Shown here one piece after another: positions 1 to 7,688 of a DNA stretch of 39,372 nucleotides. The stretch is from a virus (taxonomy: Duplodnaviria > Caudoviricetes): positions 1 through 39,372 of the IMG/VR virus record IMGVR_UViG_3300027256_000005; one strand, written 5' to 3'. Each line of letters begins with the position of its first letter. Positions within the stretch are counted from its first letter, which is position 1. The position numbers and the translations under genes are program-made. The notes below the pieces were generated by a model that was given only the letters and a program-made list of their open reading frames with translations, ran no database searches and had not been told where the DNA came from.

Positions 1-1
1 G

Positions 2-133
2 TATTGGCTGAACGCTATTTATTTCTTCCGAGGGAGTAGGGTGAGAAAATGGCCTATGCAAAGCAGTGAGTACATTTACGCAAGAGAAATGGAAGGCAGA
101 GACACAGCAGATAGCGAAAATTTGCCTTTTTAG
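2..133 (+). CDS. 3' end of a truncated gene, C-terminus ...DTADSENLPF
   Basis: Frame 2 is open from the window edge to TAG at 131-133 (YWLNAIYFFRG...SENLPF); not in the ORF track. Confidence 0.55.
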   Translation, partial: YWLNAIYFFRGSRVRKWPMQSSEYIYAREMEGRDTADSENLPF

Positions 134-137
134 TTCG

Positions 138-145
138 TATCTTCG
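138..145 (+). promoter_or_regulatory. Bacteroidota sigmaA -7 element variant (TATCTTCG)
   Basis: One mismatch from TAnnTTTG, intergenic, 8 nt before ATG 154. Confidence 0.4.
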
Positions 146-153
146 CCCCCATT

Positions 154-357
154 ATGGCAATGCAATACGCTTTATGTTCCAACAAGGAATGCTACATGAG
201 GCTTAAATGCCTCCGTTATTTTCTCTTCAAGAGTGAGCTCCATGACGCAACGGATGAAGTGTGTGATTTTGAGCCCAATGACGAGGGGGAATGCGAACAT
301 TTCCTTCCCTTCCTTCAGGACGAAGAAATTGACAACACAGGGGACGGGGAATTGTAG
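154..357 (+). CDS. Small Cys-rich hypothetical phage protein, possibly metal-binding
   Basis: CSNKEC...KCLRY...C...CEHF with an acidic tail. Confidence 0.65.
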   Translation: MAMQYALCSNKECYMRLKCLRYFLFKSELHDATDEVCDFEPNDEGECEHFLPFLQDEEIDNTGDGEL

Positions 358-359
358 GC

Positions 360-644
360 ATGGGGGACATTATTTCAAGCTATTTAAACAGCCTGCCCTC
401 AGAGGAGCGTAAAGAGGCCGTGAATGGCCCTGAACATTACGGAGGGAAGGGGAACGTTTACGAGGCCATTAACGTTATAGAGGCTTATGGTATGGGCTTC
501 TGTGACGGGAACGTCCTAAAGTACCTCCTGCGTTACAAGAAGAAGAACGGCATAGAGGATTTACGCAAGGCCCAATGGTATTTAGACAGGCTAATAGAAA
601 ATGAGGAACGGAAACAGAACAGAAAGGGCTCTCAAACAGCTTGA
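360..644 (+). CDS. DUF3310-family protein (T7 gp1.7-like nucleotide kinase family)
   Basis: VNGPEHY...EAINVIE...FCDGNVLKYLLRYKKKNGIEDLRKAQWYLDRLI is the family signature. Confidence 0.85.
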   Translation: MGDIISSYLNSLPSEERKEAVNGPEHYGGKGNVYEAINVIEAYGMGFCDGNVLKYLLRYKKKNGIEDLRKAQWYLDRLIENEERKQNRKGSQTA

Positions 645-867
645 AAACGAAATTGTCTTCCTTGAACAGCAACAGACAGAGCTGTTGAGGAGGAAATGGG
701 CCTTAGAGGAGAGAAACAGAAGGCAGCAAGAACGCATAGAAGAGCTTGAGCAAAAGACAGAGCAGGAGCAAAAGGGACATTCCTTTTGGAAAAAGACGGC
801 TTTGATATTGGCAGCCTTCTGGGCCATTGTCGTTTCCTTCCTCGGAATGGAGGAGGGGAAGAAATGA
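601..867 (+). CDS. Coiled-coil protein with a C-terminal transmembrane anchor
   Basis: E/Q/R-rich heptads followed by ALILAAFWAIVVSFLGM. Confidence 0.6.
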   Translation: MRNGNRTERALKQLENEIVFLEQQQTELLRRKWALEERNRRQQERIEELEQKTEQEQKGHSFWKKTALILAAFWAIVVSFLGMEEGKK

Positions 868-879
868 CAAAAATTCCTT

Positions 880-887
880 TACATTTG
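880..887 (+). promoter_or_regulatory. Bacteroidota -7 promoter element TACATTTG
   Basis: Exact TAnnTTTG in the intergenic space; no ORF before the next terminator. Confidence 0.55.
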
Positions 888-891
888 CCTT

Positions 892-960
892 ATTAAATTT
901 GATTCCATTTTGCTTTTAATGTAGAAACGAAACAGGGAGGCCAATGGCTTCCTTTTTTTT
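892..960 (+). ncRNA. Candidate ~70-nt small RNA (promoter-to-terminator unit without an ORF)
   Basis: Bounded by TACATTTG (880-887) and the hairpin plus T8 at 934-960; contains the anti-start-codon tract CATTTTGCTTTT. Confidence 0.35.
934..960 (+). terminator. Rho-independent terminator
   Basis: GGGAGGCC-AAT-GGCTTCCT stem followed by a T-tract. Confidence 0.8.
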
Positions 961-984
961 ATAAAGTATATTTTTATTTTTATT

Positions 985-992
985 TATATTTG
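985..992 (+). promoter_or_regulatory. -7 promoter element TATATTTG
   Basis: Exact consensus 17 nt upstream of ATG 1010, in an AT-rich context. Confidence 0.7.
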
Positions 993-1009
993 CAAAAACA
1001 ATTACAGCT

Positions 1010-1636
1010 ATGCTTTTAAATATTTTAACATCTAATGTCTCTTATGATGCTTCATATGTGTCTCCTGGTGCTTTTGAGCCTTACACGCCCAATAGTAGAT
1101 ATTTTAAAGTGTTTAATACGGAATTGATTGATTGGCTTAGTTTTAGGCAAACAACACAAAATGGAGGCGTTCCTGTAACAACATTTAACGCTCTTGAGGA
1201 CGGAGTTTACCAACCATTTAGTACATTCAGCTCATCAGGAAGTATTGCTACGGCGGCTGGCGCAAATCCGGTGGGAATTCAGTCGTATGCTCCAAATATT
1301 TATGTAAATGCTAATGTATCACTTGGTCACTCTTGGAATATGCAAACAAATTCGTCTGACAGTGGGATGTATTCTAATTCTTTTTTATCTTATAACCAAG
1401 CACTTGATAACACAGGAGTTAATATAGTTCCTGCTTCATGGTCACTTGACATCATACAATCAGTCCCCGGCACTTCCCTAAGTTTAGGAACTGGCCCTAA
1501 CGCTCCCAATTCACTTTCAGCCCCATTTACATGGACAATAGGAAGCACCACAGGATTATTTATTTTTCAAGTGAACGCAACATCTGTTGATGGACTCACC
1601 ACAAATCAAACATTCTTTTGGAATTTATTCACATAA
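1010..1636 (+). CDS. Ser/Thr/Asn-rich beta-type protein, putative virion decoration protein with a possible Ig-like C-terminal domain
   Basis: Very few charged residues; C-terminal FTWT...GLFIFQVNATSVDGLTTNQTF is Ig/PKD-like; N-terminus resembles the 17018-17260 product. Confidence 0.6.
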   Translation: MLLNILTSNVSYDASYVSPGAFEPYTPNSRYFKVFNTELIDWLSFRQTTQNGGVPVTTFNALEDGVYQPFSTFSSSGSIATAAGANPVGIQSYAPNIYVNANVSLGHSWNMQTNSSDSGMYSNSFLSYNQALDNTGVNIVPASWSLDIIQSVPGTSLSLGTGPNAPNSLSAPFTWTIGSTTGLFIFQVNATSVDGLTTNQTFFWNLFT

Positions 1637-1660
1637 TAGGTTTTTAGTGAAAAACAATTG

Positions 1661-1683
1661 AAAAGGGGCGGAAGCCCTTTTTT
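1661..1683 (+). terminator. Rho-independent terminator, possibly bidirectional
   Basis: AAAAGGGGC-GGAA-GCCCTTTTTT with a GNRA tetraloop. Confidence 0.85.
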
Positions 1684-1697
1684 CATTTATTTATGTT

Positions 1698-1705
1698 TAT
1701 TTTTG
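1698..1705 (+). promoter_or_regulatory. -7 promoter element TATTTTTG
   Basis: Consensus match 18 nt before ATG 1724. Confidence 0.55.
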
Positions 1706-1723
1706 TGCCTCAACACATTGTGA

Positions 1724-2749
1724 ATGAAAAAAGCCGAAATAGCCCGTTCCTTTCGTGACAAATACGGAATGGAAATGCCTACAAAGAAGCTGGCAAGGAT
1801 GATGTACGAGGCCCATCCCCTTCTGTTTACAAACGTAGAAGACGCAAGAGAGAGGCTGAGGTATATTGAAGGGAAGTCTTCAGGGGGGAAAGACATTAAA
1901 ACAATCAAGGAGTCGAAGTATTTCAGCCAAACGCCTCGTTCCCTTAATCCCTACGGCCTCCCTCCGAGTGAGGAGAAGGAATACGTTCCACACGTCATAG
2001 AAGGGCCACAGCGAATTGCGGCCCTTTTTGATATACATTGCCCCTATCACAGCATAGAGGCTCTCACAGCGGCCCTGGAGTGGCTTAAACAGCAAGAACC
2101 GACAATGATAGTGATAGGAGGAGACTTCTTTGACTTCTATGGCCTTTCACGCTTCCTAAAAGACCCTGACAAGCGTTCCCCTGCCGAGGAAATACGGACA
2201 GGCATAGAGCTTCTGAAGGCCATTTACGTTGCGTTAAAGCCGAAAAACGGCCTCGTGTTTAAACTTGGAAACCATGATGAAAGATTTGAACATTTTTTAT
2301 GGCAAAAAATGGGGGAAATGTCAGGATTGCAAGATTTAGAAGAGCTAAAAGAGATAACACTTGAAAATATTGTAAAAAAACGTATTGGGCCTGAGTTTCC
2401 CTTGGCCTTCGTGGGGGATAAGAGAATAATTAAGGCGGGGGATTTGAACATAACGCATGGTCATGAGTTTCCTTCGGGGATAAGCTCTCCTGTAAACATA
2501 GCAAGGGGGCTTTACATGAGGGCTAAGGCGAACGCTATATGTGGCCATCACCACAGGTCAAGTTCTCACGTTGAGCAGGACATCAACGGACAGATGATTA
2601 CAACGTATTCCACAGGATGCCTCTGCGAACTCACGCCTTTGTATATGCCCATTAACTCCTGGAATCACGGAGTGGCTCTTATAGAGCTTTCTGAGGACGG
2701 ACAAGCATACGTTCATAACAAGAGAATAAAGAATGGCCGCATTGTGTAA
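1724..2749 (+). CDS. Calcineurin-like metallophosphoesterase with an N-terminal extension
   Basis: Motifs FDIH, GGDFFD, GNHD, THGH and GHHH in canonical order. Confidence 0.9.
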   Translation: MKKAEIARSFRDKYGMEMPTKKLARMMYEAHPLLFTNVEDARERLRYIEGKSSGGKDIKTIKESKYFSQTPRSLNPYGLPPSEEKEYVPHVIEGPQRIAALFDIHCPYHSIEALTAALEWLKQQEPTMIVIGGDFFDFYGLSRFLKDPDKRSPAEEIRTGIELLKAIYVALKPKNGLVFKLGNHDERFEHFLWQKMGEMSGLQDLEELKEITLENIVKKRIGPEFPLAFVGDKRIIKAGDLNITHGHEFPSGISSPVNIARGLYMRAKANAICGHHHRSSSHVEQDINGQMITTYSTGCLCELTPLYMPINSWNHGVALIELSEDGQAYVHNKRIKNGRIV

Positions 2750-2761
2750 AATAAAATTGTC

Positions 2762-2769
2762 TAATTTTG
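2762..2769 (+). promoter_or_regulatory. -7 promoter element TAATTTTG (possible leaderless start)
   Basis: Consensus match 4 nt before ATG 2774. Confidence 0.6.
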
Positions 2770-2773
2770 TAAA

Positions 2774-3910
2774 ATGGCAGAGTATACAGACTTTGGGTTT
2801 ATGCGTCCCGGAAACGGGGAAGGGGAGGAGCCAAAAAAGAAGCAGCCCCTTTCTGAGAACGAGAAAATAGCCATTGCTCAGAGCGAACGGGAGAAGATGC
2901 TTGAATACATGAGGCATCCCTCATACAAGGAGCGTCTCAAAAAAGAGATGTTTGTTGATTCCTTCAATTCTAACGACCCAAGAAATGTTCAAGACCTTGA
3001 AAATGAATATGCCACAAGAATGAAGGATGTTTCCACCATCCCTATTTCACGAGGCAAATTTGAGAATATTAATAAGCGTTTTCACGGAGAGTATTTTCGT
3101 CCTTCAAAAGCGATATTTCCTCTTCCAACAAAATTATTCCCACAAGGAAGAAAAGACCCTGCTTATAAGCTTGGAGCCCCTCACATTGTTATGTCAGAAG
3201 ACGAGTTTTCCAAAGACATTCTATCCAATCCACTTGCCTATGGTCAGGTGGTGGGTCACGAACTTGGACATTCAAGCAATCGTGGATATCCTGGTGGAGA
3301 GAATTTTACATCAAAAAACGTCCCAAGAACGCATATTTTTAAAGCTCTTGAGGAACACGCTTGGTCTCCTGAAGCCGACCAAAGAGCCGCTGTTTCTGAG
3401 TTGTTGGATGAGGTAAATTTTATGCGAATGGGCAAGAACTATCGCAGAAAAGTGGAAGAGCTTGCTGGAAAAAGAATAGGCCCTGAGAAAGCAAGGATGG
3501 TGGCAGAGACGCAGGAAAGACTTCAGAACGAATGGAATGCCTTGCAGAAAAAATACGGCAAATCATACGACCCCGACAAGCACGGATACCCATATCCTCC
3601 AAAAGAATGGGATGAAATCCAAAGACCTCATATAATGAAAAGTTTAGAAGACAATCCTGCCGAGGTGTCTACAAGGATGATAGGACTTCGCAGGCTTGCC
3701 GCAGAAAAATTTGGTCACAATATGAGTGAGGATTTTGACATTAAGAAGTACAAAACACAGATACAGAATTATTTCAAAGAGAACGACATGATAGATGAAT
3801 ACGAACAACTATCAAGAGACCTCGGCCTTTCTGATGACCAAATCAACGAAATGATGAAGTATATTGCGAAGGCAAATAATCAACCCTCAGTTACACAATA
3901 CACAGCATAA
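2774..3910 (+). CDS. Zincin-like metallopeptidase domain protein
   Basis: HELGH (HExxH, 3257-3271) and a downstream NPAEVSTRM candidate third-ligand Glu. Confidence 0.65.
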   Translation: MAEYTDFGFMRPGNGEGEEPKKKQPLSENEKIAIAQSEREKMLEYMRHPSYKERLKKEMFVDSFNSNDPRNVQDLENEYATRMKDVSTIPISRGKFENINKRFHGEYFRPSKAIFPLPTKLFPQGRKDPAYKLGAPHIVMSEDEFSKDILSNPLAYGQVVGHELGHSSNRGYPGGENFTSKNVPRTHIFKALEEHAWSPEADQRAAVSELLDEVNFMRMGKNYRRKVEELAGKRIGPEKARMVAETQERLQNEWNALQKKYGKSYDPDKHGYPYPPKEWDEIQRPHIMKSLEDNPAEVSTRMIGLRRLAAEKFGHNMSEDFDIKKYKTQIQNYFKENDMIDEYEQLSRDLGLSDDQINEMMKYIAKANNQPSVTQYTA

Positions 3911-3914
3911 AAAC

Positions 3915-4592
3915 ATGGCATATTTATTTACAGAAGACGAAGACGACAAAAAGCCCGTCAGAATGAAACCCATTTCGGGCCTTCCTGCTCCTACAAGGCA
4001 GGACACAATTGACGTTGTAACCCAAAGCGAGGCTGTGAGGAGGGCTATTGAAAACCAAAAGGTGAAGGGCAAGCCAATGTACGTTGCCGACACAAGGGCA
4101 TCACGAAAGAAAAGTATGCCTGTTAGCCAGCTTTCCGAAAAGCAAGCGAACGCTCTGGAGGCACAACGGGACCGTGAGGCAAGGAAACAGAAGCAAGCCG
4201 TTATTGACAAAGGGGGCGTGGCTCAACAAGCCTTGTTCCCTACAAATGAATACTTCAGAGACCTCGGCCCGACACGTTACGAGCAGAGGGAGGTGGAGAA
4301 CCGTGTCATCAATCCTGACATTCCTATGAGCCTGTTCGACCCAAGAATTCAGCCCGACACTGTCTATCAATACAGACAAACGGGGGGAGGGCCTGACTTA
4401 GTGAGCGTTCCGGGGTATTCCACAAGGCTTCTTGGCAAGCCAGCAGAAGTGATTCAGCCCGTTCAAAGACCACCTCAGAGAGTTCCTAAGCAAAGTCGTG
4501 GCCCTCGTGTTTCGTTTGGAACAAGCAACAACAGGCCCACAAATCAGCCCGGAGAAGCAGGCCGTGGTGGATGGTGGAATATTTTTCAATAA
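3915..4592 (+). CDS. Hypothetical protein, largely disordered and cysteine-free
   Basis: ATG 3915 follows A-rich TAAAAAC just after the upstream stop, so it is preferred to the track start at 3864. Confidence 0.7.
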   Translation: MAYLFTEDEDDKKPVRMKPISGLPAPTRQDTIDVVTQSEAVRRAIENQKVKGKPMYVADTRASRKKSMPVSQLSEKQANALEAQRDREARKQKQAVIDKGGVAQQALFPTNEYFRDLGPTRYEQREVENRVINPDIPMSLFDPRIQPDTVYQYRQTGGGPDLVSVPGYSTRLLGKPAEVIQPVQRPPQRVPKQSRGPRVSFGTSNNRPTNQPGEAGRGGWWNIFQ

Positions 4593-4604
4593 TGCCCAAA
4601 TGTG

Positions 4605-4612
4605 TAATTTTG
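4605..4612 (+). promoter_or_regulatory. -7 promoter element TAATTTTG
   Basis: Intergenic consensus match 25 nt before ATG 4638. Confidence 0.6.
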
Positions 4613-4637
4613 CATTTAAACGTTAAACAATACAGAC

Positions 4638-5102
4638 ATGGCAGACGATAATAACGAAAAAAATAGGAAAAGGATTCATGGATGGTCCATTCCTTCTTTA
4701 GATGTTTTAAAGAAAAGAGGGATAAAAGATGTAGATGCTCCTATCCGGCCAGGAGCTTCCGCTGACAGTTCGGGATATTTTGCTAAAAAATGGCATGAGG
4801 CAAAAAAAGAAAGAAGAGACTACCTTTCCAATAGAACGGGATACACCCTTGCCGAAGTGGAAAGAATGAAAAAAAAAGGCGGAACCGTGGTGGGCTATCT
4901 TAACGATAAAAGAGATGAGGCAAGAGATAATTTTCATCGCCAAGGAGATAAGGCAAAAAAGGACGGGATTTTAAACTACGACAAGGATGGCTATGCTGTC
5001 AATCCTCTTTCCTCCAAGAAAGAAATGAAGCCTGCAAAAATTGTTGCCCCCGTGAAACGTCCCGTAGCGGCTGCTCAAAAGAAGGCAACAGGCAAGAAAT
5101 AA
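4638..5102 (+). CDS. Basic hypothetical protein
   Basis: 154-aa Lys-rich ORF with an A-rich leader; TAATG coupling to the next gene. Confidence 0.7.
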   Translation: MADDNNEKNRKRIHGWSIPSLDVLKKRGIKDVDAPIRPGASADSSGYFAKKWHEAKKERRDYLSNRTGYTLAEVERMKKKGGTVVGYLNDKRDEARDNFHRQGDKAKKDGILNYDKDGYAVNPLSSKKEMKPAKIVAPVKRPVAAAQKKATGKK

Positions 5103-5644
5103 TGCCTAAACACGCCTCCCTTCCGTTCCATTTCTATGTGAACGTAAACAATTCGTTCCTTGGCCCCGAAATGCCTCAAGGCGTTACGAAGGCCATTTGG
5201 CACGGCATATATTGCCGGGAGTACCAAACGCTCTCCTGTCACGTTTTCCTTGAATCAGGAGCGCATTGGAGCGGCCTTCCGTTACACGCTTTGTCCGTTA
5301 CAGAGGATTTCCGTTACGGCCCTGAGATGCTGATGCCTTGGGGCGGGATGGGAGAGGACATAGAGGCCGTTTATATGCCGTTCCTTGAGGGCCTTGAGGC
5401 AACGGAGATGTTATCCCCCGGCCCTAACGGGAGGCACACAGGAATAATTGTTGATTGGAAGGACGGCTATTCACGTTACCCCTCGGAACATAAGCCCCTT
5501 TCTCTCATTCAGCTTGACAGCGGGCAGTTCGTTCTGTTCCCGAATAACTATGTGGTGTACAAGGAGAAACACTTTGTCAATCACAAGGCAAAGGAGAATA
5601 TGAAGCATTACAGGAGGGGAGAGGAGGTGTATTGGGAAAAATAA
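5102..5644 (+). CDS. Phage protein of unknown function
   Basis: Globular-looking; motifs ESGAHWSGLPLHAL, SEHK and LDSGQFVLFPNN recall a conserved protein of aquatic phages (from memory, not searched). Confidence 0.7.
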   Translation: MPKHASLPFHFYVNVNNSFLGPEMPQGVTKAIWHGIYCREYQTLSCHVFLESGAHWSGLPLHALSVTEDFRYGPEMLMPWGGMGEDIEAVYMPFLEGLEATEMLSPGPNGRHTGIIVDWKDGYSRYPSEHKPLSLIQLDSGQFVLFPNNYVVYKEKHFVNHKAKENMKHYRRGEEVYWEK

Positions 5645-5646
5645 TT

Positions 5647-5654
5647 TAATTTTG
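5647..5654 (+). promoter_or_regulatory. -7 promoter element TAATTTTG (possible leaderless start)
   Basis: Consensus match 4 nt before ATG 5659. Confidence 0.6.
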
Positions 5655-5658
5655 CGTT

Positions 5659-6501
5659 ATGGCTAACAATTTTCAAAATGGTCCAGGAGGAAGGCTTGTA
5701 AAAGCTCTTTCCAAGACTACACAATCGGCCTCAGATGCAACATCTGTTGAAATGGGTAAGCCGCCAATTATTATTCGGCCAAGTGCAAGGATTTATAATG
5801 AAATAGATGACCCATACGCTCAAAAAGTTAAAGGTGATAATAATTTTATTGTAAATTTTAAGCCAAGGTCAATAGCAGAATTAACGCAAGACCAAGCAAC
5901 TGGTGGTGTTAAACCCGCACCCATTATTTCTCCATATCCTGGGAAAATGCTTCCAGAAGTGGTGGTAGAGGCCCCTGCTGCAAAAAAAGAACCAGTTTTA
6001 TACGATGAAACTAACTATCTGAATCCATTTGATTGGAAATACGCAGTTACAAAAAGATTAAAAATGTTTAACACCATTGATGGAGGCAACATTGAACGTG
6101 ACGGCCGAAATCGGGAGACTTATAGTGATTTAATTAGTAGATTGGAGCAAACTCCGGGCACATTGCAATATGGTTTAAAAAATACACCATACATAAATAG
6201 TGCGGCAGGTGCAATTGGTGATGTTCTTTTAGACCCGTTTAATAGGGTCCCGTTAGGCGTTGGGGCTAAGTATGGGCTTCATTTTTTAAGTAAATTTCCG
6301 TCACGGGCGGCAGCACAAAAAATATTGTTAGGTCTTGGAGATGCAGCCCCTTATATAGATTCTGGCTTAGACGTTATAGAGGGTGTTGAATCGTATAATG
6401 ACTATCCAAACAAACCTCGTTTTGAGCCCAAAAAAATGACCCCTCAGCAAAAAGAATTTTTGCAAAAACTTTCCGAGTATAATTTTGGTAATGTGAAATA
6501 A
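5659..6501 (+). CDS. Hypothetical protein with an MLPEVVV motif
   Basis: 280-aa, AT-rich, cysteine-free ORF with its own candidate promoter. Confidence 0.7.
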   Translation: MANNFQNGPGGRLVKALSKTTQSASDATSVEMGKPPIIIRPSARIYNEIDDPYAQKVKGDNNFIVNFKPRSIAELTQDQATGGVKPAPIISPYPGKMLPEVVVEAPAAKKEPVLYDETNYLNPFDWKYAVTKRLKMFNTIDGGNIERDGRNRETYSDLISRLEQTPGTLQYGLKNTPYINSAAGAIGDVLLDPFNRVPLGVGAKYGLHFLSKFPSRAAAQKILLGLGDAAPYIDSGLDVIEGVESYNDYPNKPRFEPKKMTPQQKEFLQKLSEYNFGNVK

Positions 6502-6516
6502 GTGTTTGTACATTTG
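6484..6516 (+). promoter_or_regulatory. Complete Bacteroidota sigmaA promoter
   Basis: TTTG (6484-6487)-N21-TACATTTG (6509-6516). Confidence 0.8.
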
Positions 6517-6520
6517 CAGA

Positions 6521-6674
6521 GCCGAAAGGCAACGGGACTGGAAAACCCGAATTAACAGATTGAACAAAACATTAAAAAATCAGACGTCCCCGTCTGGTCG
6601 TTATTGCAAGGGGCCTCACTGTTGGGCAAATCCAGACCTTGTAGTTTCAACCAGACGGGGATGCTTGTTTTTTT
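6521..6674 (+). ncRNA. Structured leader / C4- or CI-like antisense RNA ending in a U-tract
   Basis: Hairpins GCC-GAAA-GGC and CGGG-N9-CCCG; long stem GTCCCCGTCTGGT (6586-6598)/ACCAGACGGGGAT (6650-6662); inner stem TGCAAGG/CCTTGTA; T-run at 6668-6674. Confidence 0.65.
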
Positions 6675-6899
6675 ATGGTTACGTCAGAAGTAATTTCAAG
6701 ACAGCAGTGTAAAATCAGTGACATTGCGGGTATGGAGTACGTTTTTTCTAAACGCTCCGGGAGTGACAACATTATTTTTGAAGCTTTCTTGTATGACCCT
6801 CAGAATTGGCAGAAAAAGTCATTGTGCTTTGAGGCAGAGCTTGATTATTATGAAATAAAGAAGTTCATAGAGCAATGTATTAACACCCATCAGGATTAG
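6675..6899 (+). CDS. Small hypothetical protein at the head of the replication operon
   Basis: ORF directly after the structured leader; alternative ATG at 6732. Confidence 0.5.
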   Translation: MVTSEVISRQQCKISDIAGMEYVFSKRSGSDNIIFEAFLYDPQNWQKKSLCFEAELDYYEIKKFIEQCINTHQD

Positions 6900-6911
6900 T
6901 TAATTACAGAT

Positions 6912-7688
6912 ATGGAACATTCATTTAACATTCATTACGCCCAAAGATATGGGCTGCATGAAGCGATTATGATTAAAAACTTTCAGTTTTGGATATGGAA
7001 AAATAAAGCCAATGGTTCTCATAAATATGATGATAGAACTTGGACTTATAACTCCGTAAAGGCTTTTGAAGAGTTGTTCCCATATTTATCCTCAAGCCAA
7101 ATAAGAAGATGTTTGGAATCACTCGTTGAGCAAGGCGTTTTGATAAAAGGAGAGTACAATAAAAACCCATACGATAGAACTTCTTGGTTTGCATTCCGTG
7201 ACGAATCCACGTTTCTAATTCAGCAACTCGACTTGTCAAATTTGACAAATGGAAATGATGAATTTGACAACTCTCATACAGATAGTAAACCAAATACTAA
7301 AATAAATAATAAAAAGGCGGGGAAAGAAATACTGATTGAGGAGAGAATGGGAATGTTGAAAAAGTGTCTTGAGCCGTTCCTCGAAAAGTACGGGAGAGAG
7401 ATGCTTAATAACTTCTACTTGTATTGGACCGAGCCTAATGAAACGGGAAAGAAGATGAGGTTTGAGTCGGAAAAATTCTTTGACCTAAACAGACGACTTG
7501 CTACTTGGCATTCCAGGAGTGTAACCAAGAATCCATCCGCCGCCCCCCGCCCCGCCGTGCCTGCCTCGCAATCTCCTTTGGCAAACCAAGACAATCACAG
7601 CAACTATGCCGACTATGTAGCATGGTGCGAAAGAAACAACATCATCCCACAGCCTGACAAGTATGCAAGCGATAGCTACCTTTTTTGA
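6912..7688 (+). CDS. Phage replication initiator / replisome organizer (winged HTH)
   Basis: AQRYGLHEAIMI...FW...N...DDRTWTYNS...LFPYLS..QIRRCLESL...G.YN....DRT.WF signature; C-terminal FYLYWTE...MRFE...F...RRL.TW domain; precedes the helicase. Confidence 0.8.
   Translation: MEHSFNIHYAQRYGLHEAIMIKNFQFWIWKNKANGSHKYDDRTWTYNSVKAFEELFPYLSSSQIRRCLESLVEQGVLIKGEYNKNPYDRTSWFAFRDESTFLIQQLDLSNLTNGNDEFDNSHTDSKPNTKINNKKAGKEILIEERMGMLKKCLEPFLEKYGREMLNNFYLYWTEPNETGKKMRFESEKFFDLNRRLATWHSRSVTKNPSAAPRPAVPASQSPLANQDNHSNYADYVAWCERNNIIPQPDKYASDSYLF
7233..7317. other. Putative replication origin inside the initiator gene
   Basis: 16-bp palindrome TTGTCAAATTTGACAA (7233-7248); direct repeat AATTTGACAA at 7239 and 7261; A-rich tract at 7281-7317. 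Confidence 0.5.

Noticed and set aside
601-867. Holin/spanin lysis module (also 10846-11553)
   Set aside because: Membrane segments are present, but no endolysin or lipobox partner is recognisable in the window.
6521-6674. tRNA or known riboswitch (e.g. c-di-GMP-I, given GGGCAAA and a GAAA loop)
   Set aside because: No cloverleaf or T-loop, and the order of elements does not fit the aptamer; an Rfam search is still advisable.
6506-6712. 68-aa ORF over the structured leader
   Set aside because: The TTG start lies on or upstream of the -7 element, so it would not be in the transcript; RNA structure explains the sequence better.
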